Made by a program: the position numbers and the translations under genes | Notes under the pieces: generated by a model | Told to the model about the DNA's origin: nothing | The model's input: the letters and a program-made list of their open reading frames with translations, nothing else | The model's database searches: none | Assembly: GCA_030141605.1 (NCBI GenBank) | Contig: JAQGDQ010000180.1 | Coordinates: forward strand, 310,001-374,000 | DNA from: Tubiluchus corallicola | Lineage: Eukaryota > Animalia > Priapulida | DNA: 64,000 nt | Reading direction: 5' to 3' | In this document: positions 11,380-23,940 of the stretch, in pieces | How the letters are laid out: every line of letters begins with the position of its first letter | Numbering within the stretch: the stretch's first letter is position 1

Positions 11380-13165
11380 GTAAGCAACAACATATCTTAC
11401 TACATTCATATCTTGGTTTGCCGGAGATGTTTGTCCGAATTTGCCGATTGTCTCCGTATTTACTGATATTAAGCTAATACAGTAGGTGCCGTGTATTAGA
11501 CTAATGGTAATGTAGAATCAATCGCTTAATTGTTTGAAAAACGTCTAGTATGGGTTGCTCCTATGCAAAAGTGTATAAAAACTGTCTGCAATCGACTCAA
11601 ATAACTCCGCATAATTGACTCTGTAGTTTTATAAAGATATACACGTGGTTACACTGATGTAATGACGTAAACAAAGCGACGGCCTGCCAACTAGCGGGCA
11701 GGTCGCGAAACAACGGACTATGTCCGTAGTACGGGGGACTTTTTAGCGGTCCAGATTTTGCCCGATTCTTTCGACATGCGTAAAAGCGAGGCCCGACAAA
11801 CGAGAACTGCCGAGGTTACAGCGCCGAAGTTATGGGTATTGAGGTTGAGGTGACCTGAGGTTCGGGGTACAGATGTTGAGGATGCTGATGTTGTGGGCGC
11901 CGAGGTAGTAGATGAGGTTACAAGTACGGAGTTGCTAGCACTAACAGCACAGAGAAACGTCAGGCATGCTTGACGCGATGTTTTAATTTTTAGTGGTGCG
12001 TTATAAAACCACCTACACTCATTAATTTTCTTAATGGTTTTCGATTTTACTAAAAATCTCGATAATTCCCATTTAGCTTACTGACTAATTTAATCTGCAG
12101 TTAAACAAAAAGATTGGTGAGGTCAACATTAACCTTCTAGTGCTTGAATAGACAAAAATTTGATAGAACTTGTTCATACTATTTTTACTTTTTATACATA
12201 TAATGTAACACTAAAGTTTCACGAAAATCGATGAAGCCCTTCCCATAATGGCGCAGTGGGAACATACGTACTTGCTGTACACCTCCGTCCTTACATTAGC
12301 AAATGTTGTCTGAATTTATTTAGTATACACACGCCCAGATATGTTACCTGTGTGTACAAAACTACTATTGTCTGAAGATTATGTTGTTGTAGAGTTATGA
12401 GTATAAGTTTCAAAACTGTTAAAAATGATAAAAATAGACACAAAAATAACGCTTACAAGTTATCGTTGAAAATTACAAAATGCTATCCTGAGCATACCTG
12501 TAGAAACAGCATACACTTACTAAAGCTCCCCTAACAACTTTTACAGTTTCGAAAGAAATTTTTACGGTACCTGCAACTTGATGTTCCCATATGGGAACAC
12601 TAGGTACTAAACGGTTCCGGGAAACAGTCGTCATGGCATTTAAACGTAATGAAAGGGTTAAACGATGGTGTAGACGTTTTAAAACTGCAACATACATTAC
12701 TCAATATTTATATTTCCACTAAAACTAGGTTTCCAAATATTTTTGCAAGTATTTTCTTACGCCGAGTTCTTGCAGTGATGTCGTGAAGCCTATAGTAGGC
12801 AAGTGGTTGGATGACAGTAATACAGGCAGAATTTTAAACTTTGTGATCACCACTGCACGTGTTAAACTTCGTGATCACCACTGCACGTGTCTTTATTGCT
12901 CCCAGTGGACGGAATGTTCATAACGCAGACCACAATCAAAAGCGAGATGTAGCCACATTCAGACCAAACGCTTTTTGTTCAACAATAACAACGCTAATCC
13001 ACAGGCAAACATTCTCATTTAAATCTCTTATCTTCCCAAATTTTAGTCAGAAAATGTCGGCAGCTATGTAGAAAAAAACTTGGAGTTTTCAGGAAATGCC
13101 AAATGGTTGTCGTTTGGAAAACACGCCAAAAAACTACGCCTGCTATTTTTGCTGGTATTAAAGAA

Positions 13166-14151
13166 GGATCCGACTGAATATAGGTAGAAGTGGCGCAGGT
13201 ACAAATGACACAGGCAAAAATGGCACAGGAATAAATGGCACAAATGGAAAAATAGGAAAAAAGGCACTTATGTTATTTTCATGCAACATTTCTATAATGA
13301 AACTAGAATGCACTCAGTAAGAAGTCTGCCAAAGTCGAACGATCCTAATCTTACTCGTCTGATTCTTTTGATTAAAAAAATTTAACACTCAGATAAACAA
13401 GCAAACATATAAAAATGTACTCGTATTGGCATTATAGAGACTAGCAAAAGATTCACAAAATATTTTGTTCATTAAATAGATTTATAATCAGTAATGTACG
13501 AAAATTCCACGCAGTGTTTGTCTATTTCCTTTAATTTTCTTTAACCATATGGCGATGGTAATAGACTGACAGATACATATGTATCTACATAGTACCAAGT
13601 CACCTTATAAGGCTATTCACATTAAGGTTACAGACAGCGTTCCACACCTTTACAAGCGAGAATTTGTCGAAATGGAACCTGAAATTAACTCGTGCTTGTT
13701 TGTCCTGGTGGAGATAATAAAATAGAATTACCCTATCTTATAGCCAGGTCCTCCTCTTTCCAAAGAGCTATAATAGTCCCTCTGAGACGCCCACGAAGGG
13801 CTTCATGAATGCTTGTTGTACGTGGTGTTCTATCAAATTTTGTTAAAAAAAATACAGGGTGAAAAAACGCCCACTTTGGCAGTATCCACCCCCACCCTGT
13901 CCAGGAAGCTGTGTCAAAATATATCTTTCGTATCCCTTATAAGTTTACTGCTATAGATATAACGAACAAGAAACAACCAAACAGACAGACAAACAAACAA
14001 ACTGTGTTGAAGCATAACTTCTTTGGCAGAGGTAAAAATAACTAAAATAATTATACCGCACTGTAGCCCTAACCTTAAGCACATACATTACTAAGTGTGG
14101 CATTTTTACTGTGCCATTTTTACCTGTGCAATTTTTACCGTGTACCGGATC
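13166..14151. mobile_element. MITE with TIRs made of 15-bp repeats (aggtaaaaatggcac), hosting a nested element
   Basis: 13180-13265 is inverted relative to about 14095-14150; ggatc at both ends. Confidence 0.5.
13301..14036 (+). mobile_element. Helentron/HINE-like non-autonomous element
   Basis: Starts AACTAG; (GACA/AACA)n microsatellite near the 3' end; terminal hairpin cataacttctttggcagaggtaa. Confidence 0.55.
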
Positions 14152-14422
14152 TGAATGCTATTATGGCATATGAAAGACTGAATCACTTCCACCTTTTCAG
14201 TCATATCTTCATCATGCCAATGTCTCCGTGATACACAAACCTTTCCCTCTGGAATACGATAACTTCCAAGAATAATTCGCTAACGAACTTACGCTTAATT
14301 AAAGATGAAGCGACTGACGACAATTATACAAGGATGCTGAAGCACTTTGCTGCCCTGTAATCTATCTGTCAACAACCTGACACGTACAGCCAATGTGGTG
14401 TCTATGTATATTCCACAAAGTA

Positions 14423-14765
14423 CGGTTTAACTACCTGAATACAAGAGGGTCAGGGCTAGGTTATGACCTTTTGGAATCCCGGTTTAACTACCTGAATACT
14501 AGAGGGTCAGGGCTAGGTTATGACCTTTTGGAGTCCCGGTTTAACTACCTGAATACAAGAGGGTCAGGGCTAGGTTATGACCTTTTGGAGTCCCGGTTTA
14601 ACTACCTGAATACTAGAGGGTCAGGGCTAGGTTATGACCTTTTGGAGTCCCGGTTTAACTACCTGAATACTAGAGGGTCAGGGCTAGGTTATGACCTATT
14701 GGAGTCCCGGTTTAACTACCTGAATACTAGAGGGTCAGTGCTAAGTTATGACCTTTTGGAGTCCC
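14423..14765. repeat. 57-bp minisatellite x6 in the EH intron
   Basis: Unit ggtttaactacctgaatac(a/t)agagggtcagggctaggttatgaccttttgga(a/g)tccc, near-identical copies. Confidence 0.95.
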
Positions 14766-15261
14766 AAGGCTAATGAAATTATGGGCTCCCCCCTCAGATG
14801 GAGAAACCCCCCAACTCGCCCTCATACGTCTTGAATATTTTTTACTCATGATATTTACATATTTTAAAATAAACTTGTTGCAAATTTTTAAAATAAACTA
14901 GAATAGCTGTCTTTTGTTTGTCAATTCAAAATATTCTTTAACGAATACCATGTTACTATTTAATGCAAACCACATTAGCACAACCGTAGTGAAAAAATGG
15001 ATTTTTACCAAATGTTACCAAAGCTTGAGGCCTCCAAGGGGCCCTAGGCCAGAACCTATACTAGCCTACAAGACAACCCTGCCCTGCAGAGGGCATCTCA
15101 GAAATCACTATACACTTTACATTTTTTGTATTTACAGAAAAGAACAAAGCAAAATGTGTGTAAGTGATTACAGATGAACTAATCCTTTGAGGAATTCATT
15201 TAGCCAAAATAGGTAGACTTCTACATGTGTGCCACTTTCTTCACCAAAATTTAATGATTAA

Positions 15262-15804
15262 AGGAAAACCGGATGATTGTGTAAACATGAGTTCAGAATA
15301 AAGAATGCTCTAAAATATTGAAAGCTACAATAGCTTGTTTTCAATCAAAACTTTAATTAAATAATAATTACTTAAAATACTCAAATTTCGTTAAACTTTC
15401 AAAGCTATGCGCGGCTCAGTGAATCTACTAAGACTGGCAACGGCGCCTTTTTGTCACATTCACGTGTCCGACAAATAGAAGGTGGTACAGTGATAACCAT
15501 GTTCATGAACTGTAATGTTAGTTTCTGACGTCATACGACGTACAGCCCATTTTCATGACATCATGCGCTTAAGCAGTAACACTTACGCAAACGTGCTTGA
15601 CGCGTAAGGGAAGACGCCTGCCAATGCACAAACAGTGGTTAGTTTCTGACGTAAGCAATAGCTGTGTTCGGTTGCCGCTAATTAATTTTCTAAGCCAATT
15701 ATTCAAATATAAGAAACATTTGCTAACTTTTATAGTCAGGAAAATGTATATCTTGGACAGTAGATTAAAATGAGATTGAGTCTAAACAATCATCCGCTCT
15801 TCCT
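15262..15804 (+). mobile_element. Kolobok-like MITE family C copy 1
   Basis: TTAA|AGGAAAACCGGATGATTG...CAATCATCCGCTCTTCCT|TTAA; second copy at 63125-63668. Confidence 0.75.
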
Positions 15805-16883
15805 TTAAATACATTCATTTTTCTAACGTCGTCAATCGCTAGAACTGCGAAAAGGCTTTTTCTAGCAAATTAAAGGTTGTGACACATGATTAACTCTAGT
15901 TGTGACACATGGTCCACTCGGTTGTTAGCCTAATCATAATAACCTTTTCGCCTATAATTGTTAATCAAAATCAGGGAGCGACATTCGAAAAACTGCAGTT
16001 AAGTTACGCGACATTAACGTGTGTCAAGCGTGTGTGTGCGTGCGTGTGTGCGAGCGTCATGTTTTTCATTTGAGAGATAACAATGCACAACTGCAATCTG
16101 CAGACAAAAACCATTGTTTTGTATAAACAGTCAAACTTCTCCAATGTAAAGTTCTGGCATTTCCATTGTCTGTTGTATCCATTTGCTGTCTCATCACCTT
16201 GTTGTATCTCACTAAATGGATCTAATGACTATTTATGTGGCATAATTATTGAGCGCCAAAATTTGACGCACAAGCAGTTAGGGGGTCTGGGGGAGCGCTG
16301 AAAAGTCCCCCAGCAGGGTCCGAGGCGGAGCCCGGGCCACCAACCCATTTTTCTGTATTTAAACACATTTTGGAGGCCTCAAATGTAAATTCTAGTGCAT
16401 AGACTTCCTCAAACGTGAAAAATTCGGCTTTAATAAATATATTTTACCTACATTTACCTTGGTAATATTGATTGTATTCTATTGTGGTAGTCATATATCT
16501 TAAAAGCAAATTCGTAATACACTGCAATGCAGATGACCCACTACTTAAGCTTAATTTATTTAGTGTCAAAATTATCTACCCAGCAAAAGGCGAATTAGTC
16601 AAACATAAAACTGATTTGAGACTGTTAAGTTTGCAAGCCCACCCGCTGTTCAGAATCGACATTATGTAAGTGACACGCGTAAACATAACTTATGCAAATT
16701 AGCTTGCTGCTCGGCGGTTGCGTAAACAAACAAGGGGTTGATGTGTGTCTTGGTGTAATGCTAAAAATTTATTTAGCCAGGAAAAATTTTCTTAAGAAGT
16801 TCTGTGGACGCACGTGCGCCCATGTAATTATGATCTTATTGACACAAAAATATTATAATCAGCAAACAACGGATGAAAACCGA

Positions 16884-17108
16884 ATGTACAGCGCGAACAT
16901 GCACTATATCAAATTACAGGTACATTGTATTACAATACGCTATGTACAGCGCGAACATGCACTATATCAAATTACGCGTACACTGTATTACAATGCGCTA
17001 TGTACAGCGCGAACATGCACTATATCAAATTACACGTACATTGTATTACAATACGCTATGTACAGCGCGAACATGCACTATATCAAATTACGCGTACACT
17101 GTATTACA
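16884..17108. repeat. 58-bp minisatellite, about 4 copies with alternating variants
   Basis: Unit atgtacagcgcgaacatgcactatatcaaattac...tattacaat(a/g)cgct. Confidence 0.9.
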
Positions 17109-17218
17109 TTAAGCTATTCACGTAGAGTCCATTATAAAATTAATGCATGATTTACTTAGCTACAATTATCTACTGCCATTGTCAGTGTTATTTGACTTGA
17201 GCTTTGTGTGTTTTACAG

Positions 17219-17330
17219 GGAGTATTTCTACGCTGATTTGTGTGCTGAGTCTTGCCAGCTGACAAATGGAAAAGCCCTGGTGGATTGCCTTAATTACGAA
17301 TCTGTAAAGCCATTTATTGCCAGATTCTAA
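17219..17330 (+). CDS. Eh: Eclosion hormone-like neuropeptide precursor, coding exon 2 of 2
   Basis: tgtgttttacAG|G acceptor, phase-compatible with exon 1; encodes (R)EYFYADLCAESCQLTNGKALVDCLNYESVKPFIARF*, matching the EH LCAESC...GK...C...S..PF motif. Confidence 0.92.
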
Positions 17331-18749
17331 ACGCGTGGCAACTAGGACAATGATCTACCGTCTGCCAATTGGGAGAAATCCATTATCAAATCCGTGATGT
17401 TCTTTCGCTGATCATAATTATCAATAATTAACAACCGACGAATTTCTAAGTTAAATTATTGGCGACGATTCCTGCAAACAAGTAATTTTGGCATAAAGTG
17501 TAAATATCTCAGTTCACTCATGCGCAGTTTAAACGGCAAAAGACAGCAGTAGCAGACTTACAAGAAAACCTGACAAACTTTCAATGTACATAGGTTTTCG
17601 GGGGGTAACGCCTAGATGAAACCGTTAAGCGATTTTTTAAATATAAAATATTATGGTTTATCATTATTATTATCATTACCGTCTGCATAGGTGTGGCCGG
17701 TAGTACTTGTAAGTACTTGAAGATGGTATAGTTGAAGACGACTGACACACCAAAAAAACCTGTATAAAGCTTGACTCCACATGTATACCAGTCGCGCTAA
17801 GCAGTCCTTTTAGTTACTACGACAATATTGTCAGCTTTTAGGAATAATTATCAGCATAACCGTATGTGAAAGAATTATGTTTTGGGTTCGTGCGTCTACG
17901 CGGTATTATAACACACACACACACAGCATTAGACTGAATTATAACACATTCTAACACAAAATAACTTTTTTATTCACGAAAATAATTAAAACGAGGCATT
18001 TTTAATATTTGTCGCCACGTGCAGATTTCTTCTGCTACGATTCCATTAATATAACTCTTACAAAAAACTTGAAGTTGAAATTCAATTGAAACATCAATGC
18101 GAGTTCCTCCGAACTTCGTGACACCGTAAGCCCAATGCAAGGACACCTTATACGCAGGTATTATCCTTCATTTATTATGCCATTTCATATGGAAATGTAG
18201 GCGCAAATTTCAGAAAACATCGAACAACCGATATATGTAAAACATGCGATGGGTGGATGATACAATTAAAAACCATTTAAAACCGAAAAGAAAACAGCAA
18301 AAACAGGTCTTAGTATAGTCGATATTGGCAATTTGTTTCAAGTGAAACGTGCTTTCTTTAGATTGCTTTGTTTGCACCGAAAAAGCGTCAAAAATTATCA
18401 TTATCTGAGGCGATTTTACGCTCTTCTGTGTTTGCTAAACTTAAGTCAATAGTTAAACAAACTTGGTGTAGGTTTCTCTATAGATCATTAAGCTCCTTAT
18501 ATTACGTAATTTTAATTCAACGGGTTGTTGCTCTATCCGTATGATTTGTGAGTTGACATGTTATGAAAATTGTGGGTCTAATACTAAACAGAGATAAATA
18601 AATGACCAATGTTACACGTTATTTAATTGTTATTTTGTTAGATATGTTGTTAATATAGCACGTGTACCGCTCCCTTCTTCTGTAAGACAGCTTTTTCAAA
18701 TTTTCCCTTTTCTCAACCCGCAGTAGGGATTATTATGAGTTTAAGAAGA

Positions 18750-19070
<321 letters not shown>

Positions 19071-19416
19071 TAGTAAAGAGTATTGTTCCTGTTTCATTTC
19101 TTCCTGGTCACTATTTTTTCGTAAGATGTCACGTCATCCATGATGCGCAAAACAACAACAACAACCTAACAAGTCTGAAGAGACTTACTAGTTCTTTTGA
19201 TCATAACAACGTTTTCTGTTTTCTAAGCAAGGTTTTGTATTTCGTCAAAACGTTAGTGAGCGTTTAACATGATCACTGCTAAATTTGTTCTGCACACGAC
19301 GTTAAATCATAGTGCACGATTTTATTACTTTTGTTGATAAACAACAATTGATTTATAAACGATTGTAGGGGCAACGACATCAAAACAAAAATGCGCCATT
19401 AATAAAAAATGAAGTG

Positions 19417-19657
19417 AATTTACAATTTCCCACACAATTTAAATACCCTATCCCTAATCCTAGTCCTAACTCTAATCCTAACCCTAACCCTAACACTCAC
19501 CCAACCCTAACCTAACCTTATCCCTAAGCTGACCCAAACCCTAATCCCAACCCTAACCCAACTCTAAATCTAACCCTAACCCTAATTCTAATTCTAATCC
19601 TATTCCTAATCCGCTTAACTAGTTACTAATTTCTTGCATATGGGGAATTGTAAACTT
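19417..19657. mobile_element. Small TIR element with a degenerate (CCCTAA)n core
   Basis: aatttacaatttccc...ggggaattgtaaact flanks telomere-like hexamers; a related copy begins at about 63925. Confidence 0.55.
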
Positions 19658-19996
19658 TGGGCAAGGAAAATAAATAAAAATGAATAAGAATGACTTTTTG
19701 TGTCATGAAGCACAATTCGGTTTTATTATTATGTACAAAAATTTAAAAAGGTCAGAGAGAATTATAGTGAATTAATTATAGCACAAAGTACCATAAATAT
19801 GTGCCACATATAAAATACATTTTGCAAAAACTTAATACAACCTTTAATTATTAAAGACAAAATGCTTATAAGCTTGTATAATGTATTCCTATAAAATGAA
19901 ATCTTGCTGTTATCCTTAGGAAGCATAAAGTAGTCAAGGCTTTTTTTGGTCTCAGTACTTTACCCAAATCTTTACTCATCTGGGGCCGGTTCGTAA

Positions 19997-20200
19997 GAAG
20001 CTTTATGAATCCGCCCCTAGGATGTTGTGGGCTGTATATGTTGTATACTGGTCTCCGTGTCATATTCATTTGAGGTATTGTGAGAAGTTTTGTAATCTGC
20101 CCCTAGGATGTTGTGGGCTGTATATGTTGTATAGTGGTCTCTGTGCCAAATTCATTTGAGGTATTGTGAGAAGCTTTGTGAATTCGCCCCTAGGATGTTT
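19997..20200. repeat. About 86-87-bp tandem repeat, ~2.4 copies
   Basis: gaagctttatgaatccgcccctaggatgttgtggg... recurs at 19997, 20084 and 20170. Confidence 0.85.
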
Positions 20201-21574
20201 TGGGTTTTTTTAAATACACTTTAATACACACTAAACGCACACTTTTCCGCGTTTTTAACGTGATTTTGCGTTTTGCACGCGAGGACGAAGTACGCAGGCT
20301 TTGCTACATGCTTGATACGCATGTACTATCACGTGGAAATGCTGTGAAATTATAGAACCAATGAATTAATAAATCGCTGAACGGTTCAAAGCCTGTTTCA
20401 TGACTTTAGGTGAATTGAAAATCATCACAAACCCAACATGAAAATTGTTGTAACAGCGTTTCAGTTGAGGAAGCCTAGCAAAAATGATTTCTTTTTAGCT
20501 ACATTTCAGTCTAAGATTGGCTTTATGACACTGGCTCTGTAAGTTATTTTCTTAATAAGATGTTCTCACAAGCGAAACTCTGTTGCTGTATTACTGTTTA
20601 GCTTGTAGTAATACACCTCAAATCTTTCCAGCAAATTGAGCATAATTGCTTTGTGTGTAGTGCGTTCAAACTATTACGGTCAAAAATGTGCGTGAAAGAA
20701 AAGTACGTTACGTTTACGAAGCAGGAGTAAAGTTTAAATAGTGCAGTTTGCAACGTTGAATTTTTATTCTTTCTATAAAGTTTTGTATTTATTCATTTAA
20801 TACGTAATCTTTATTTAAAACAAAAATATTTAAAAACTATATATATACAAGGATAAAATGTGAAAAAGGATAAAACGTATATACAGCACAGAAAAAAATT
20901 AAAGACAAAAATGGCTAATTAAAAGATTATGGATAAAAGCACAAAGAGCCAACGCTAGCTACAAATGTCTGTTAAAAGATGAATGATTATTAAGATTTAC
21001 AGCTTTTAAACATTTTTTAAAAAGTTTGCTACTCTGAGCACAGAGCCAAGGGGGCACCACCGACTGACTCAGGGAGTTGATTTCAGATTCTAATTATTGT
21101 CTTTGGTTAAAGTTTTTAAAACAATCAAGTCGGCAGTGAGTGGGCTGTAATTTTAAGCGGTGACCTCTGGTTGCATTAGATTGCATCTAGCGAATAGCCT
21201 TCGAGTGAATCACCGCTGAATATTTTCAACCAAATCAGGACGTTTTAGCGAACAAAGGTTACAATACAATACTCCACAAAAGTGCGAACGTAACTTTTGT
21301 AGTTTGTAAGCAGTTAATGAACTATTCGTTTGTCGTTCATATATTGCAATAAATATCAGAGCTAGTGTCACAACGTCCCCATGGGAAATTTGTGTGAAAA
21401 TAAGCAGCTTGAAGCCTGTTTGAATCAGTTTTCAGTTATTAGAATTCTTAGAATTTTCAGTTATGTTAAATTTTCTGGTCAAACGTTCAATCACATTTAG
21501 AGTCAATGCATTTGGCGAGATCATGAACTTTTTATTTATTTTCGACTTGATTTGACAACTAGAGTGTTTATTAA

Positions 21575-22068
21575 AGGAAAGGTCAAGTCTTATGAAAAGT
21601 TTGGCTTATTTCAATGTTCACGAAAAATGTTAGAAGGATTTACCAATAAAACTGCAATAGGCGCCTCGTGTAATTTATAAAATCATTTTAAAGTCGCAAT
21701 CACTTCATGCTTGGGCACTCCCATTTTCAATGCCAACTCTTCTTCCACTGACATCATTTGTCCCGAAGAAAAGTAGTGCACTGTCAATCTTCACCAAAAC
21801 TATAACACGTTTTTACAAAAATATCTAGATAGCTTAGCTAATTAGTTTTAATTAGTTTAAGTAGCGCGCGCTTACGAAAAGTTTCGAAGTCTCCCAGTTA
21901 CGTCATGATTTTCAAATGAATGGCGTCAACACCCACGCCTGAAAATTTCTATTCAGAGGTAGTGAATTTTAGATTCATGCTTTATAGACAGTTCTCTACA
22001 AATTTCTTTGCTATATTTTTCCAAGTTTGAGCGATAACAGTAAAATAAACCCAATATACTGAGTGGCT
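21575..22068 (+). mobile_element. Kolobok-like MITE family B copy 2
   Basis: TTAA|AGGAAAGGTCAAG start; colinear with 2698-3220; right TIR partly deleted. Confidence 0.7.
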
Positions 22069-22609
22069 TTAAATTGTTATATTAGGATTTCGGATATTCG
22101 TTATCACAAACATGTAAAGGCAAAAGCTTAGCTCTTTTGTTATAATTGTGTCAAGTGACTCAAGTCCCCGGAGAGGTTTCCGTTTCTTAAGAACAAGGGC
22201 TTGTGTACTAATCAGTTCAACATGAAGCTATGATGCCGCCATAAAAGTGCTTCTCACAATAGGCAAAAGGGGCGGACCGCCTACTATAATCTCACTTTTT
22301 CAAGATTTTACGTAACGTAATGTAGACAGAAGAAAGAGACTCTGTAATTGTGGAGAAATCCAAATTGAAAACGTTTTGATGGACTGACATTTAACATCTG
22401 AAACTAGAAGATCCAACAATGTTGACTTTACATCCTTAACGTTAATTGATGTTATGAATAGCAATTTTGTATTTGAGATCCGTGTCAATATTTTAAAATC
22501 TAACGGATAAGAAAACACACTAATTTTTGCAAATATCATAATGAAGTGTTACAATTCTGTAAAATTTTCTAGGATCAGCTCAGTTATTGATGAGACCGCT
22601 ATTTTTGCT

Positions 22610-22615
22610 ACTAAC

Positions 22616-22651
<36 letters not shown>

Positions 22652-22674
22652 TAATAATAATAATAGTAATAATA

Positions 22675-22705
<31 letters not shown>

Positions 22706-23122
22706 TTCCCGCATGCTGTTTGGTCAAAATTTCGAAAAAATCGCGAGTTGGGTCCGGGAAAACGCCCGTTGCGGGGCGCCGTGGCCCTCTCGCGAATTCT
22801 AAATAGGCCTATGACACCCATCGCTGAACGGGCTATCTATCCATACCCAGCACCACCCTCGGCCCATTCCCGTTCTCTACATCTCAGGCGTATAACTTTT
22901 GCAAAAAACGGTCGAAAAATGGCCATTTTTGGAGGTTTTTCGCCCCCTGTTCCTCCCGGTGGGCCCGATTCGAAAAATAAACCCCCAATGAGACGACACT
23001 AGATCGAGACCTTTCGTTTGATGTATAGATCGCCGCAAATGGTGCCCTCGTCTGGGCTGTAGCCTCGAATCTTATATATATATATATATATATATACCAA
23101 GAATATTAATATAAGAGTATAG

Positions 23123-23124
<2 letters not shown>
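22610..23124 (+). mobile_element. GC-rich interspersed element flanked by (AAT)n and (TA)n, Helitron/HINE-like
   Basis: GC-rich island in an AT-rich background, ending with (TA)n...tataagagtatagat. Confidence 0.4.
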
Positions 23125-23155
<31 letters not shown>

Positions 23156-23254
23156 TTTATTTAAGGTCGGCTTTGTGTCAACAATTAACATTAGCTCAAA
23201 GTGCTATTATCGCCGACTCTAAATAACAACCTACAACAACACAACAGAGACTAT

Positions 23255-23400
23255 TATTATCCCACTTTTACCCTAAATACCACGCGTCAGGCAGGGCAAC
23301 AGCAGGTACCATTTTTAAAGTCTCTGGTATGACCCGGCCGCTGGTTCGAACTCACGACCTCCCAGACGGAAAGCCGACGCATTACCATTAGACTAAACCG
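23255..23400 (-). mobile_element. tRNA-derived SINE with a Meta-like central domain
   Basis: Minus strand: A-box-like tagtctaatggt, B-box GAGTTCGAACC, then gtcataccagagactttaaaaatggtacctgctg... Confidence 0.65.
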
Positions 23401-23559
23401 TATGGTCAAACTGTGATATTTTTACACAAACTGTGAGATTTTTACACAAAAAATCAGAAAACTACTAATACGATTCTGCTCTAGTCGTGGAATGAGCATG
23501 AACCTTCTTAAAACGTGATCGGTGGACCATGGATGAAGCGAGGATGACAGATAATCAAT

Positions 23560-23940
23560 AACTATATGTGATAGAACATACATCTACATAATTATACCTA
23601 TTTAGCTGCAGCAATAACTCAGGAGACGAAAATGAAGTCAGTTGTATCCAAGCACATTGAAAATAAGAAAGTTGACATTCTTAAATTTCATGCTTTTACA
23701 CACAAGAATAGTGACTATCCGTGTTGGATTAAGAAAAAAGGTATTAGATAGCGCTCTCATCAAAACTGTTGAGTTTGGAAGAGGTTTCCGGTATTGTTCG
23801 GCGGCATGGACGACAATGTGCTGACTTATATCAATTTCATCCAAAAATATCTTATCAGCACACCATTAGATATCAAAAATACAGAGACATGGAAGGCTGC
23901 AGGTGACAGGGCAGCATGGAGTAAAGTAATGATGATGTAA
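23560..23940 (+). mobile_element. Degenerate LINE (RTE-like) 3' remnant
   Basis: Frameshifted ORF2 tail ending ...TWKAAGDRAAWSK with a short (GAT)n tail. Confidence 0.4.

Noticed and set aside
14393-14773. 126-aa ORF of RFNYLNTRGSGLGYDLLES repeats, superficially like a neuropeptide precursor or a CRISPR array
   Set aside because: A 57-bp tandem repeat with no unique spacers, no signal peptide and no dibasic or amidation sites; it lies inside the EH intron
19447-19610. Possible true telomere or chromosome-fusion site
   Set aside because: Short, degenerate, single orientation and enclosed by TIR-like flanks shared with another copy
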